Source of the DNA: Marispirochaeta sp. | Lineage (GTDB): Bacteria; Spirochaetota; Spirochaetia; JC444; Marispirochaetaceae | NCBI GenBank assembly: GCA_963676835.2 | Contig: CAXXFF010000004.1 | Coordinates: 160,001-224,000 of the forward strand | Reading direction: 5' to 3' | DNA: 64,000 nt | Shown here: piece by piece, positions 20,801 to 29,970 of the stretch | How the letters are laid out: every line of letters starts with the position of its first letter | How positions within the stretch are numbered: the stretch's first letter is position 1 | The notes under the pieces: generated by a model | What the model saw: the letters and a program-made list of their open reading frames with translations, nothing else | What the model was told of the DNA's origin: nothing | Databases searched by the model: none | Translations under genes and position numbers: made by a program

Positions 20801-21808
20801 TTCCTGTATTCTGCGGGATTCTGCCTCATAGGAGGACATTACCTCAAAAGAGGCAATGGATCCCACCATTCCCAGCAGGGTGATAAGGAAAACCATATAA
20901 TAGCGGCTGCTTAAGTTTTTTCGCCCCGACTGCTCACGGATTGTAATCCCCGCAAGGGAAAATCCGTAACAGATAATAGCCGTTATCACCAGAATAATTG
21001 CCAGGGGGACCAGATTACGCTGCAGAGTTCCCCGGTTAAAGATATCGGCTCCCTGGTGTATTACTCCAACATAGATAAGTATGGAGGCTACAAAAAAGAG
21101 AAACCCCAGCCGTCGGGGAGGAAATACCGGGGAGATAAGCAGGAGAAAGCCCAAAAGAATGTATATCATCCATGACTGGTTGATATAGTTAAGCAGTACA
21201 CCAAATACAACAAGGAGCAGAGCGGCACCGATATAGGAAGGGGACAGGCTTTTCAGATTGTAGCTGCCCCGTTCCTTGAGGGCAATAAGCCAGGGAGCAA
21301 TGATAATGACAGGGCTGAAATAGCTTAAGAAAATGTGCAGCATATCCATCAGCGTAAGGGATAAAGGGATGGCACTGTATAGAGACTGAACTCCGGTTCC
21401 TGCGGTCATTAGAAAAAACGATGCGGCCCCGGCCGCTGCAACAAGTCCGGGAAGATCAGAGCAGCGTTCCAGGCAGCCCTTTTTCCGGCTGCGGTAATGC
21501 AGCATACTGCTGAAAACCCAGGAAGAAAAGGCCGAAGTAAGCCCCAGCTGCAGGGAAGAAATAATCAGAATATCCAGGGACAGGGGCTGTATGGCAGGCA
21601 GAAGCACCAGCATACCCGCAGAGATACCGACGAAGACACCGGCAAGGGCAGACAAACCGAACAGATAGACCGCGGCTACAGCAAAGGCGCTGAAAAACTG
21701 GAAAGGCGAAAGAAGATAGTTGCCTGGAATAATCAGACGGGCCGCCAGGATCTGCACAAAAATCAGGAAAGCTGTTAATGCCGCAATCCTTACCCCGTCC
21801 TTATTCAT
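17828..21808 (-). CDS. Hybrid sensor kinase (multi-TM MASE1-like, periplasmic domain, 2 PAS, HisKA/HATPase, degenerate REC)
   Basis: ANMSHEIRTPMN, NLVGNAVKFT, DTGKGI, GTGLGL. Confidence 0.92.
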   Translation of the reverse strand: MNKDGVRIAALTAFLIFVQILAARLIIPGNYLLSPFQFFSAFAVAAVYLFGLSALAGVFVGISAGMLVLLPAIQPLSLDILIISSLQLGLTSAFSSWVFSSMLHYRSRKKGCLERCSDLPGLVAAAGAASFFLMTAGTGVQSLYSAIPLSLTLMDMLHIFLSYFSPVIIIAPWLIALKERGSYNLKSLSPSYIGAALLLVVFGVLLNYINQSWMIYILLGFLLLISPVFPPRRLGFLFFVASILIYVGVIHQGADIFNRGTLQRNLVPLAIILVITAIICYGFSLAGITIREQSGRKNLSSRYYMVFLITLLGMVGSIASFEVMSSYEAESRRIQEYDAMRRQAILAGKVLEMRYRLLGQYADNLEVVKKIKADPNISEDAFTKLAESLTRNYRDLVLLCRWNGDTMQYYGNNEFVYLQANAETFVAGQREHVKSLDTGDIFVAAPDSESLRFDSSDIIGLFRATSNGGGVGLVFSPVILFNFIGGLLERDAYNLEFSFNDTYTSQEPYQLFNEKFVDGIYTRLTYFPGSTLQCRISKAPGAFEEPMGYFPEIVMGFALIVVLVFFSTVLVSVSRAEDIEKEVRLRTSELRNSRQMLSLVMDNIPMSVFWMDASGVFLGCNSRFAIDAGFSSPEAIVGKSEEQLHSTFAGALSLKESDGVFSRGTARLNILEPVPDKNGLLRYIRFSKIPIPDAQGKPTAVLGLYEDVTTERERSLRLENSERKYRALFQNSNDAIIIHDIVGDILEVNNSAAALLDCDKAELETKNIRRVYKDEHDHDELVGYLRRGTHVRREAVLEAQSSREVDADISASLLDPRAGIVQLIIRDISHQKQTEQRLTEAKQTAEEANQAKSLFIANMSHEIRTPMNAILGFAEVLQREITAPELKSHISIIRKSGKTLLSIINDILDLSKIEAGRLDLVQSPLDIRDVGREIVDLFSVDCDRKGLEIDFRVDPDVPRGLLLDGVRLRQIFFNLVGNAVKFTESGSVTLHIAIAGPVSNTAALYIEISDTGKGIPREQQDEVFEAFHQVRERKAPHSGGTGLGLTISRRLARIMGGDIRLESEEGRGSRFILTLPDVAVSSISEYAEDPEAAELAVFEPAVVAIADNSEINLQLMRKYVSYAGRNLHIVATELDNLLEASERDVPDLLIIYLSASSTTGDEYAVLAEFKRQFPTVPVAGITASSMGNIRDRITEAGVDEVLLKPVSLKQVHEVLVRYLPLVEIRDETSSSSFNNTADSGTIIVPEAEAKQLMLEWQELKSSYYTEDLELFAERVRAIAEEYNARGLQSWSDQMKSAAETVDVESMELLMKRLPVLLGIIEFPPEE

Positions 21809-21831
21809 TCAGGTATTCCTTTGCCCCGGCT

Positions 21832-22491
21832 TCATGCTGACAGCAGAAAATCCGAAAACTCGGTAACTGCGGTAAAATAGTGTTTACATCTCCGGCGCAT
21901 TTCCGCCTCAATAGTACTGACCCGGTGCCCCCAGCCTGCACCCAGGGCGTCTATTCCGGCGTCCCGGGCCATATCGATACCGGGAGAAAGATCATCCAGC
22001 ACAGCTGCTTCTCCGGGAGCAACCCCGATTTGCCTGAGAGCCTCAAGAGCAGGCCAGGGATGAGGCTTTCTTTTCAGCGGGTCCGCGTGCCAGCCGAAAA
22101 CCATGTCCGGTTCAAATCCATCGGCTCCATGGGCATAATCCCTCCGGATAAGGTCTTCTTCCGAATGGGAAACCACAACGACCTTACCGCCGGCCTTTTT
22201 GAAGGCATGCAAAGTCTCCACCATTCCGGGAAAAAAAGAGGGGATACGGGTGCTGGTAAAACTTCTCCAGATTTCCATTTCCTCCTGCATTTCCACAGGG
22301 CTGAAATTCAGTTCTCCCGTATAATATGCGAATACACCGGGATCGAAATTCTTCTCAAACCAGCCCTCAAGAGTTTCCGGAGTATGTTCCGGCCGCATAC
22401 GTTTAAGAATCTCAAGATGTGCGGGATAATGGATAATGCGGGTACTGTCGACACAGGTGTCATCATGGTCAATCAGCAGACAGCGGTACAT
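21832..22491 (-). CDS. HAD-IA family hydrolase
   Basis: DHDDT, VSHS, KPHP and DDLSPG motifs. Confidence 0.85.
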   Translation of the reverse strand: MYRCLLIDHDDTCVDSTRIIHYPAHLEILKRMRPEHTPETLEGWFEKNFDPGVFAYYTGELNFSPVEMQEEMEIWRSFTSTRIPSFFPGMVETLHAFKKAGGKVVVVSHSEEDLIRRDYAHGADGFEPDMVFGWHADPLKRKPHPWPALEALRQIGVAPGEAAVLDDLSPGIDMARDAGIDALGAGWGHRVSTIEAEMRRRCKHYFTAVTEFSDFLLSA

Positions 22492-22559
22492 AAAAAACCT
22501 CTCGGGCTGTTATTATCTTTCTTGTCCACATCGGTTTTTCCTGGTACATTTAGCAGACG

Positions 22560-22949
22560 ATGCTTGAACGAAGTAAATTTACACCGGATCAGCTTCTTTT
22601 CGCAATAGAAAACAGAGAGTTCGAAGAAGGGCTGCTTGCTTCTGCACCCATGGTGGTCTGTGTAATGACCCAGAGCTGGTGCCCCCAGTGGATATTCATG
22701 CGCAGCTGGCTGAAAAAACTGGCAAAACATCCTGACGAATCCGAGGGGCTCAGAATTCAGACCTTTGAGACCGAGTATGATAAAAGCCCGGTTTTTTCCG
22801 ATTTCCGCGAATTCAAGGAGCAGATCTGGAACAACTGGGAAGTTCCCTACCTGCGCTATTACGTAAATGGACAGCTGGCAGCAGAGTCGAACTTTGTTTC
22901 TTCCATGATGTTTCTGGACAATCTGCGTCAGGCTGAAAAAAAGCTCTAA
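22560..22949 (+). CDS. Thioredoxin-fold protein (monothiol WCPQW)
   Basis: TQSWCPQW, cis-Pro-like VPYL and NGQL pattern. Confidence 0.65.
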   Translation: MLERSKFTPDQLLFAIENREFEEGLLASAPMVVCVMTQSWCPQWIFMRSWLKKLAKHPDESEGLRIQTFETEYDKSPVFSDFREFKEQIWNNWEVPYLRYYVNGQLAAESNFVSSMMFLDNLRQAEKKL

Positions 22950-22992
22950 GTTTATTTGATCTAAACCTGCCCCGGCTCTATACTTAGTCTCA

Positions 22993-24507
22993 ATGAAAGA
23001 AAACGCTCCCCGCTTCCCGGAGGCCCTGCAGCGTGCCCTGTTAAGCAACAGCACTGAAGGTATACTGATTTTTCATGCTCCCTCCGGAACGCCGACAGCA
23101 GACACTCTTATGCTCACACATATTAACCCTGCAGGGGAACGTCTTCTAGGCTGCGACAGCGAAACCGCAGAAGAAAAAACCCTTGGAGAGCTTTTCCCGG
23201 AGCACTCTCTCCGCTGGAGAAACCGGCTGAAGAGAAGCTTTACAGAGGGCGTCAATGAAACATTATTCTATCAGCCGGATATCAGCCGGGAAAGGTATAC
23301 AATTACCGCTTCTGCTGTCGACAGCGAATATCTTCTCCTGATCTTCCATAAAGACAGTCACAGCAGCATTAAAGATGCTTCAACAGAAAAATCATTTCCT
23401 ACCCATCTTCTCATGGCCAACATCAGCCACGAACTGCGCACTCCATTAAACGGTATTATAGGAATGGCAAGCCTCTTAGAAGAGAGTATTGAGGATGAAG
23501 AGCAGCGGGAACTTTTGAGCATGATAGGCTTCTCTGCCAACAATCTCAGCCGTATTATCCGTGACCTGCTGGAACTGAACCGCATTGAATCGGGACAGAT
23601 CTCATTAACAAACACCCTTTTCTCCCTGCAGGAGACAGCAGACAGGATACTCCGGGAAGTAGACGGAATTGTACGAAAAAAGAACCTGAAAATTACCCTG
23701 GAAACCGACTATAATCTGCCGGAATACTATGGAGACAGAAATAAGATTGCCCAGATCCTGGGGAATCTTGTAAACAACGCAGTACAGTTTACCGACGAAG
23801 GATGGATATCTGTATCTATCACCCGGCAGGCAAAACAGCTTTTAATACAGGTTCAGGATACCGGAATAGGCATTCCGGAAGATGAGCTTGAGGTTATTTT
23901 CAAGAACTTCCGGGTTGGGGAAGATCCCTACACAAAGGAATACAGCGGGCTTGGAATCGGACTGTCCATAGTAAGCCACCTTGTACACCGAATGTCAGGG
24001 ACCATACGTGTAGACAGCAGTGAGGGTAAAGGTTCGCTCTTTACCATTTCCCTGCCCTGGACAAACACCGGAGAAAGACAAAATGGGGAAAAAAAGCCGG
24101 GAAGGTCATCAGCAGATGAACGGCTGAAAATTCTTATTGCCGAAGATGAGGCAATAAACCGCATTTATATTCGAACCCTTCTGGAACGTCAGGGTTATCT
24201 GGTTGAAGAGGCTAAAAACGGGGAAGAGGCATGTCTCATGGCCGCCGGCACAGACCCCTCTTTCGATCTTATTCTTATGGATATCTACATGCCTAAAAAA
24301 AACGGCGTGGACGCTATAGCTGAAATACGCGGGCAGCAAAACTCTCACACCGGCGCTCCGGCAATAATAGCAATGACCGCCACTTCCGATCAGGATGAGC
24401 GTAACAATGCCATGAATGCCGGTGCAGACGGCTTTATCTCAAAACCCTTGAGTGAAACAAACCTCATCCGCTGTATCAGCAAGATCATAAAAGACAAACA
24501 GAAATAA
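22993..24507 (+). CDS. Cytoplasmic PAS-HisKA-REC hybrid histidine kinase
   Basis: SHELRTPLNG, NLVNNAVQFT, GLGIGL; receiver AEDE/LMDI/KP. Confidence 0.93.
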   Translation: MKENAPRFPEALQRALLSNSTEGILIFHAPSGTPTADTLMLTHINPAGERLLGCDSETAEEKTLGELFPEHSLRWRNRLKRSFTEGVNETLFYQPDISRERYTITASAVDSEYLLLIFHKDSHSSIKDASTEKSFPTHLLMANISHELRTPLNGIIGMASLLEESIEDEEQRELLSMIGFSANNLSRIIRDLLELNRIESGQISLTNTLFSLQETADRILREVDGIVRKKNLKITLETDYNLPEYYGDRNKIAQILGNLVNNAVQFTDEGWISVSITRQAKQLLIQVQDTGIGIPEDELEVIFKNFRVGEDPYTKEYSGLGIGLSIVSHLVHRMSGTIRVDSSEGKGSLFTISLPWTNTGERQNGEKKPGRSSADERLKILIAEDEAINRIYIRTLLERQGYLVEEAKNGEEACLMAAGTDPSFDLILMDIYMPKKNGVDAIAEIRGQQNSHTGAPAIIAMTATSDQDERNNAMNAGADGFISKPLSETNLIRCISKIIKDKQK

Positions 24508-24541
24508 AAAGACCCTGCAGCTCCCACACTGCAGGGTCTTC
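24506..24541. terminator. Terminator hairpin between convergent genes
   Basis: AAGACCCTGCAG-ctcccaca-CTGCAGGGTCTT. Confidence 0.75.
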
Positions 24542-24551
24542 AAAATAGGCA

Positions 24552-24956
24552 TTAGCCCTTTTTAATCTCTATTGTCCGGGGCTGTACTTCCGGAAGTTTC
24601 GGTATGGTGACCGATAGCACGCCGTTGCTGAAGCGTGCTTCAACGCCTGTCACATCAGCATCCTTGGGTACCACAAAGCTTCTGCGGAAACTCCGATGCG
24701 CTCTTTCCCGTACAAGATACTTGCTGGTATCCTCCACCGCTTCCTTAGGCAGATTTGCCTGAAGAACCAGAACCCTGTCTTCGATTACTGCTTCAACCTC
24801 GGTATCACTGAAACCGGGAAGATCCGCCTCAAGACGATATGCATTATCATCCTCTACAATATCTACCGGTGGAAATACAGATTTTTCTCCCAACAGGGAA
24901 TCCCATACCTTATCAATGCTGTTTACCATGGGGCGTCTGTGTACGATATATGCCAT
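24552..24956 (-). CDS. Hsp20/alpha-crystallin small heat shock protein
   Basis: PPVDI, ADLPG, ER...FRRSF, A.FSNGVL.VTIPK; SD GGAGG. Confidence 0.95.
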   Translation of the reverse strand: MAYIVHRRPMVNSIDKVWDSLLGEKSVFPPVDIVEDDNAYRLEADLPGFSDTEVEAVIEDRVLVLQANLPKEAVEDTSKYLVRERAHRSFRRSFVVPKDADVTGVEARFSNGVLSVTIPKLPEVQPRTIEIKKG

Positions 24957-25010
24957 AATGTATCCTCCTGCTGCGGATATTATATTTATTTTTCCGCTCA
25001 AACATATAAA

Positions 25011-25027
25011 AGCAGGATACGTGCCAA
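25011..25027 (-). promoter_or_regulatory. sigma54 (-24/-12) promoter of hsp20
   Basis: Minus-strand TTGGCACGTATCCTGCT matches TGGCACG-N4-TTGC spacing. Confidence 0.7.
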
Positions 25028-25235
25028 TTTTTGCAAGAAGTTGGAATTATTTACTAATTCTTTTCTATATAAATAATTAACCTTGATTCCACCGAATCAT
25101 CCGAATAGATGCTACAGCAATGCATGCTGGTATGGCTGTGGCAGATTGCTACAAGCCCGGGAGAAAGAAATATTAATCGGTCAAAATGACACATTCTGAC
25201 AATTTTGACCCACAAAAAATGGGTCGATTGAATAC

Positions 25236-26228
25236 TCAGCGGGGCAGATAGAAAAACAGTATGGTGCCTGCCAGGTAAATAACATACAGAGAAAGCAGAA
25301 TGATTCCTTTCCAGCGCTGCAGAGAGTAGCGGTGCCGGGCAAGGAGCAGCATGGTGGCAACCATAACTATCATTACGGGAAAGGCAAAAAAGATAACATC
25401 CGCGGCTACAGTAATTGGGTTTGCTGCTGCAGAGGCACCTACAATCCAGAGGATATTCAGAATATCCGCACCGATAATGTCTCCGAAAGCCAGATCACCA
25501 TGTCCTTTGCGGGCGGCGGTAATACATGTGGCAATCTCCGGAAGAGAGGTGCCGATGGCAATTATGGTCAGCCCGATGATAATTTCCGGCACACCGAAAA
25601 AGCGGGCAATGTTCAAAGAGGAATCCACCAGGAATTCACTGGCGAGGATTACACCGGCCACACCGATAAAAAAAAGCAGAATCATTTTTTTTAACGAGCC
25701 GGGTTTTACGTGCTCATCCACCTCGTCTTCCGCGGCAGGAACGGACTTACTGTTTTTCCTGCTGGCTCTAACCAGTACGGCAAGATAGATAATCAGAATC
25801 CCCACCAGAACAAGTCCTTCCCATCGGCTGATAACACCATTCAGAGCAAGCAGGAAGGCGATAACATCAATTCCAATGAGAAAAAAGCCGACATTCTTGA
25901 GAATCTTCGAATTAACCTTTATGGCAGCCGGCGCAACAAGAATACCCAGCGCAAGAGCAACTCCGTCGTCAACAATAACCGACCCGATGGCATTGCCCAG
26001 GGCAATTTCAGGAAAGCCTCTCAAAGCAGACATAAGAGATACGGTAAACTCCGGGGCAGTGGTGGCAAACCCGACCAGGACAATACCGATAATAACCTTG
26101 TCGATATTCGCCTTGACTGCAACACCTACGGCACCATCAACAAGAAAATCGGCACTTTTGGCAAGGATATAAAAACTTATAAAAAGCACAATAAAATTGA
26201 GCAGAATGTTATCAGCAGGAAGATGCAT
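25236..26228 (-). CDS. Calcium/sodium antiporter (YrbG/CaCA family)
   Basis: Alpha repeats ATTAPE and GTSLPE; about 10 TM segments. Confidence 0.93.
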   Translation of the reverse strand: MHLPADNILLNFIVLFISFYILAKSADFLVDGAVGVAVKANIDKVIIGIVLVGFATTAPEFTVSLMSALRGFPEIALGNAIGSVIVDDGVALALGILVAPAAIKVNSKILKNVGFFLIGIDVIAFLLALNGVISRWEGLVLVGILIIYLAVLVRASRKNSKSVPAAEDEVDEHVKPGSLKKMILLFFIGVAGVILASEFLVDSSLNIARFFGVPEIIIGLTIIAIGTSLPEIATCITAARKGHGDLAFGDIIGADILNILWIVGASAAANPITVAADVIFFAFPVMIVMVATMLLLARHRYSLQRWKGIILLSLYVIYLAGTILFFYLPR

Positions 26229-26367
26229 CCGTCCCTCCACAGAGATTTACATAGGTCTAAACTTAACCAACCGGCAGATCTTTAGCAAGTAAGGAAACAG
26301 ATCATTACTGACATAACCGGGGGAACTGCGTATAATGCAGCAACTTAATCCGTATCCCGGAGGATGC

Positions 26368-27111
26368 ATGGAAGGGTCTGTCCTGTCACTTGTACTGTTG
26401 CTTTTTGCGGGAATAGCCGCAGGTTTTCTTAATGTGCTGGCCGGTGGAGGATCCCTGCTGACTCTTCCCATATTGATCTTTCTCGGGCTCCCTCCGGTAA
26501 CTGCCAACGGAACAAACCGGGTAGCAATTCTCTGTCAGAATGTGGTGGCGGTCCACAAGTTCCGTAAAACCGGTTTTTTCATGCTGAAAGAAGGCATTAT
26601 CCTTGGACTGACCGCATCTGTCGGTGCAGCTGTGGGCAGTATGATAGCTGTTGAAACCTCCGGGGAGCTGTTCCGCCGGATCCTTTCGGTGGTAATGATT
26701 ATTGTGCTGGCCCTGATTCTTCTGGGGAACAAGACAAACCCGGGACAGGAGAAAGTGCAGAATATCCGCCTCCTGGTGCCTCTCTTTTTCCTGGTGGGAA
26801 TCTACGGCGGTTTTATTCAGGCCGGAGTAGGTTTCATTATTATTGCCATTGTCACCACTGTAGGCGGTGCAGGCCTTATCCAGACCAATGCACTGAAGGT
26901 TCTGGTAATAATGATCTACATGATTCCGTCTCTCATCGTCTTTCTTGTCCAGGGGCATGTAAACTGGACTGCCGGACTTGTCCTGGCAGCAGGAACCACA
27001 ACCGGCGCATGGCTCGGCGCCCGCTTCTCCGTGCTGAAAGGCGACAAATGGATTCGCTATATCCTTACCGCTGCGGTGGTATCCATGGCAGTTAAGCTCT
27101 TCTTTTTTTAA
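26368..27111 (+). CDS. Sulfite exporter TauE/SafE family
   Basis: AGGGSLLTLP, ANGTN and YGGFIQAGVG motifs. Confidence 0.92.
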   Translation: MEGSVLSLVLLLFAGIAAGFLNVLAGGGSLLTLPILIFLGLPPVTANGTNRVAILCQNVVAVHKFRKTGFFMLKEGIILGLTASVGAAVGSMIAVETSGELFRRILSVVMIIVLALILLGNKTNPGQEKVQNIRLLVPLFFLVGIYGGFIQAGVGFIIIAIVTTVGGAGLIQTNALKVLVIMIYMIPSLIVFLVQGHVNWTAGLVLAAGTTTGAWLGARFSVLKGDKWIRYILTAAVVSMAVKLFFF

Positions 27112-27182
27112 GCCTTCAAAGGGGGGTGCCGGAGGCAGATTATTTTCTGGCATTCCCGGGAGGTCGGTGTCATAATTAAAGT

Positions 27183-28859
27183 ATGAAAACCGATATCGAT
27201 ATCGCCCGGGAATACTCCCTCAGTCCAATCGAAGAAATTGCAGCAAAAGCCACTATCCACAAAGATGAGCTTCTGCACCACGGTCCCAACATTGCCAAAA
27301 TAAGCTGGTCCGGTATTAAACGGATACTGGATGAACCGGTAAAAGGCAAACTGATTCTGGTCAGTGCCATAACGCCCACTCCTGCAGGAGAGGGAAAGAC
27401 AACTACCAGTATCGGGCTTGCCCAGGGACTTGCGAAAATCGGGAAACAGGCCATAGTGGCCCTGCGAGAACCATCCCTTGGACCGGTGTTCGGTATAAAA
27501 GGCGGGGCAACAGGGGGAGGACATTCCCAGGTACTGCCCATGGAGGAGATAAATCTCCACTTCACCGGCGATCTCCATGCCGTAACCAGTGCCCATAATC
27601 TCATATCCGCGGCTCTGGATAACCGCCTTCACTTCGGTAATAAACCTTCCATTTCTCCCCGGAACATACTCTGGCCCAGAGTCATGGACATGAACGACCG
27701 GGCCCTGCGCAGTATTGTTATCGGTCTCGGCGGCCGCCTTAACGGTGTACCTCGGGAGAGCGGATTTGACATTACCGCGGCATCGGAAATTATGGCCATT
27801 CTCTGCCTTGCCATGGGCTATGAGGATCTCAAGGAACGGATTTCACGGATACTTCTGGCATTTACCGATGACGGTGATCCGGTAACCGCCGGTGACCTCA
27901 ATATTCAGGGTGCTGCAGCAGCTCTGCTGAAGAATGCCCTGCTGCCGAATCTGGTTCAAACCGGAGAAGGTGTCCCTGCCCTTATTCACGGCGGCCCCTT
28001 CGCCAATATAGCCCAGGGGGCAAACTCCGTACTGGCAACCAATATGGCCATGCGATGTGCAGATTATGCTGTAACCGAAGCCGGTTTCGGATTTGATCTT
28101 GGCGCCGAGAAGTTTTTTGACATAGTTTCTCCCATGGGAGGATTTTCACCCCAGGCAGTGGTCCTGGTTGCCACCGTCCGGGCTCTTAAGATGCACGGCG
28201 GAGTGAAGAAAACAGAGCTCGACAAACCGGACCCGGGAGCAGTAGCCCGGGGCGGAGAAAATCTCGAAAAGCATCTGGAGAATATTAACAAATTCGGCGT
28301 TCCCGCCACGGTTGCCATAAACCGTTTCCCCGGAGACAGCAACGAAGAGATTGAAACGGTCAAACGGATATGTGAAGCCCGGAACATTCCTTTCGCCGTA
28401 TCCACCGGCTGGGCTGACGGCGGCGAAGGAACCAAAGAACTGGCAGAGCAGGTGGTTCGGCTCCTGCAGGAGAACGACCTCCCGGCTGCCCGACCGCTTT
28501 ATGACTGGAAACTGCCGGTACCGGACAAAATAGCAAAGGTTGCCAGAGAGATATACGGAGCCCAGGCGGTTGATTTTACCAGTGAGGCCAAACAGGATCT
28601 CAAACGTATTGAGAAACTGGGATATACCGGGCTTCCGGTGTGTATAGCCAAGACACAGAGCTCTCTTTCAGACAACCCGAAGCTTCTCGGCCGACCGAAG
28701 GATTTCCTGGTTACCGTACGGAGAATACTGATATCCGCAGGTGCCGGTTTCCTGGTTCCCCTGACCGGAGAAATAATGCGGATGCCCGGACTGCCGCGAA
28801 TTCCCTCGGCGGAAGATATTGATATCAACGAAACAGGTGAGATATCAGGACTATTTTAA
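27183..28859 (+). CDS. fhs: Formate--tetrahydrofolate ligase
   Basis: TPAGEGKTT, GIKGGATGGG, HGGPFANIA, VATVRALK, MRMPGL. Confidence 0.98.
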   Translation: MKTDIDIAREYSLSPIEEIAAKATIHKDELLHHGPNIAKISWSGIKRILDEPVKGKLILVSAITPTPAGEGKTTTSIGLAQGLAKIGKQAIVALREPSLGPVFGIKGGATGGGHSQVLPMEEINLHFTGDLHAVTSAHNLISAALDNRLHFGNKPSISPRNILWPRVMDMNDRALRSIVIGLGGRLNGVPRESGFDITAASEIMAILCLAMGYEDLKERISRILLAFTDDGDPVTAGDLNIQGAAAALLKNALLPNLVQTGEGVPALIHGGPFANIAQGANSVLATNMAMRCADYAVTEAGFGFDLGAEKFFDIVSPMGGFSPQAVVLVATVRALKMHGGVKKTELDKPDPGAVARGGENLEKHLENINKFGVPATVAINRFPGDSNEEIETVKRICEARNIPFAVSTGWADGGEGTKELAEQVVRLLQENDLPAARPLYDWKLPVPDKIAKVAREIYGAQAVDFTSEAKQDLKRIEKLGYTGLPVCIAKTQSSLSDNPKLLGRPKDFLVTVRRILISAGAGFLVPLTGEIMRMPGLPRIPSAEDIDINETGEISGLF

Positions 28860-28916
28860 TCATATTTGTATCATTGGTTACAGAAGGGGCTGCAAAAAAT
28901 CAGTACATTAACTCTT

Positions 28917-29960
28917 ATGAAGAAGATAGCCTTTTTTGATGCGAAACCGTATGACCGCAGATTTTTTGAGCAATCCGGAATTGACCGGGATATGGAAATT
29001 ACCTTTTTTGAAACCCGGCTCTCACCGCATACCGTTGATCTGGTTCGCGGGTTTGACGGAGTCTGTGTATTTGTAAACGATACAGTTGATGCCATGGTTC
29101 TGGATAGACTTGCAGAAGAAAAAATAGAAGTTATAGCCTTGCGCTGTGCCGGTTACAATAATGTCGATCTTGACGCGGCATACGGCCGGGTTCATATCCT
29201 TAGAGTTCCTGCATATTCCCCCTACGCAGTAGCTGAACATGCACTTGCACTAATTCAGACTCTTAACAGAAAAACACATAAAGCATATCTGCGGACGAGG
29301 GAAATGAATTTCTCCCTGGCCGGTCTTACCGGATTTGATCTTCATAATAAAACTGCTGGAATAATCGGTACCGGTAAAATAGGCAGAATAATGATCCGCA
29401 TCCTTAACGGACTGGGCATGAAGGTGCTCGCCTACGATCCTTATCCCTCCCGGGAGGCAGCAGAAAAAGAAAGTTTTTCCTATGTCGACCTGGAGACTCT
29501 TTACCGGGAGTCTGATGTAATATCCCTTCACTGTCCTCTGACACCGGAAACACATCACATAATAAACGAAACAGCTATAACCCGGATGAAATCGGGAATT
29601 ATGCTCATTAACACCAGCCGTGGAGGCCTGATAGATACCCGGGCTCTGGTGGATGGACTGAAAAGCGGTAAGATCGGTTATGCCGGTCTGGATGTATATG
29701 AGGAAGAGGGGGAATTTTTCTTCGAAGACCTTTCATCTGAGATTATTCCCGATGATCTGCTTGCCAGACTTTTAACTTTTCCCAATGTGCTGATTACATC
29801 ACATCAGGGCTTCTTTACCAGTGAAGCCCTGGAAAACATAGCGGCCACTACCGTAGGAAACCTCAGTGGATATTTTTCCGGAGAGCCGCTTGCCAACGAG
29901 GTCTGCTACCGCTGTGAGAAAGCAGTATGCAGAAAACAGGAAGAAGGACGCTGCTTCTAA
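28917..29960 (+). CDS. ldhA: D-lactate dehydrogenase (NAD-dependent)
   Basis: LRCAGYNNVD, YSPYAVAEH, GTGKIG, FPNVLITSHQ. Confidence 0.9.
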   Translation: MKKIAFFDAKPYDRRFFEQSGIDRDMEITFFETRLSPHTVDLVRGFDGVCVFVNDTVDAMVLDRLAEEKIEVIALRCAGYNNVDLDAAYGRVHILRVPAYSPYAVAEHALALIQTLNRKTHKAYLRTREMNFSLAGLTGFDLHNKTAGIIGTGKIGRIMIRILNGLGMKVLAYDPYPSREAAEKESFSYVDLETLYRESDVISLHCPLTPETHHIINETAITRMKSGIMLINTSRGGLIDTRALVDGLKSGKIGYAGLDVYEEEGEFFFEDLSSEIIPDDLLARLLTFPNVLITSHQGFFTSEALENIAATTVGNLSGYFSGEPLANEVCYRCEKAVCRKQEEGRCF

Positions 29961-29970
29961 ACTCAAACTG

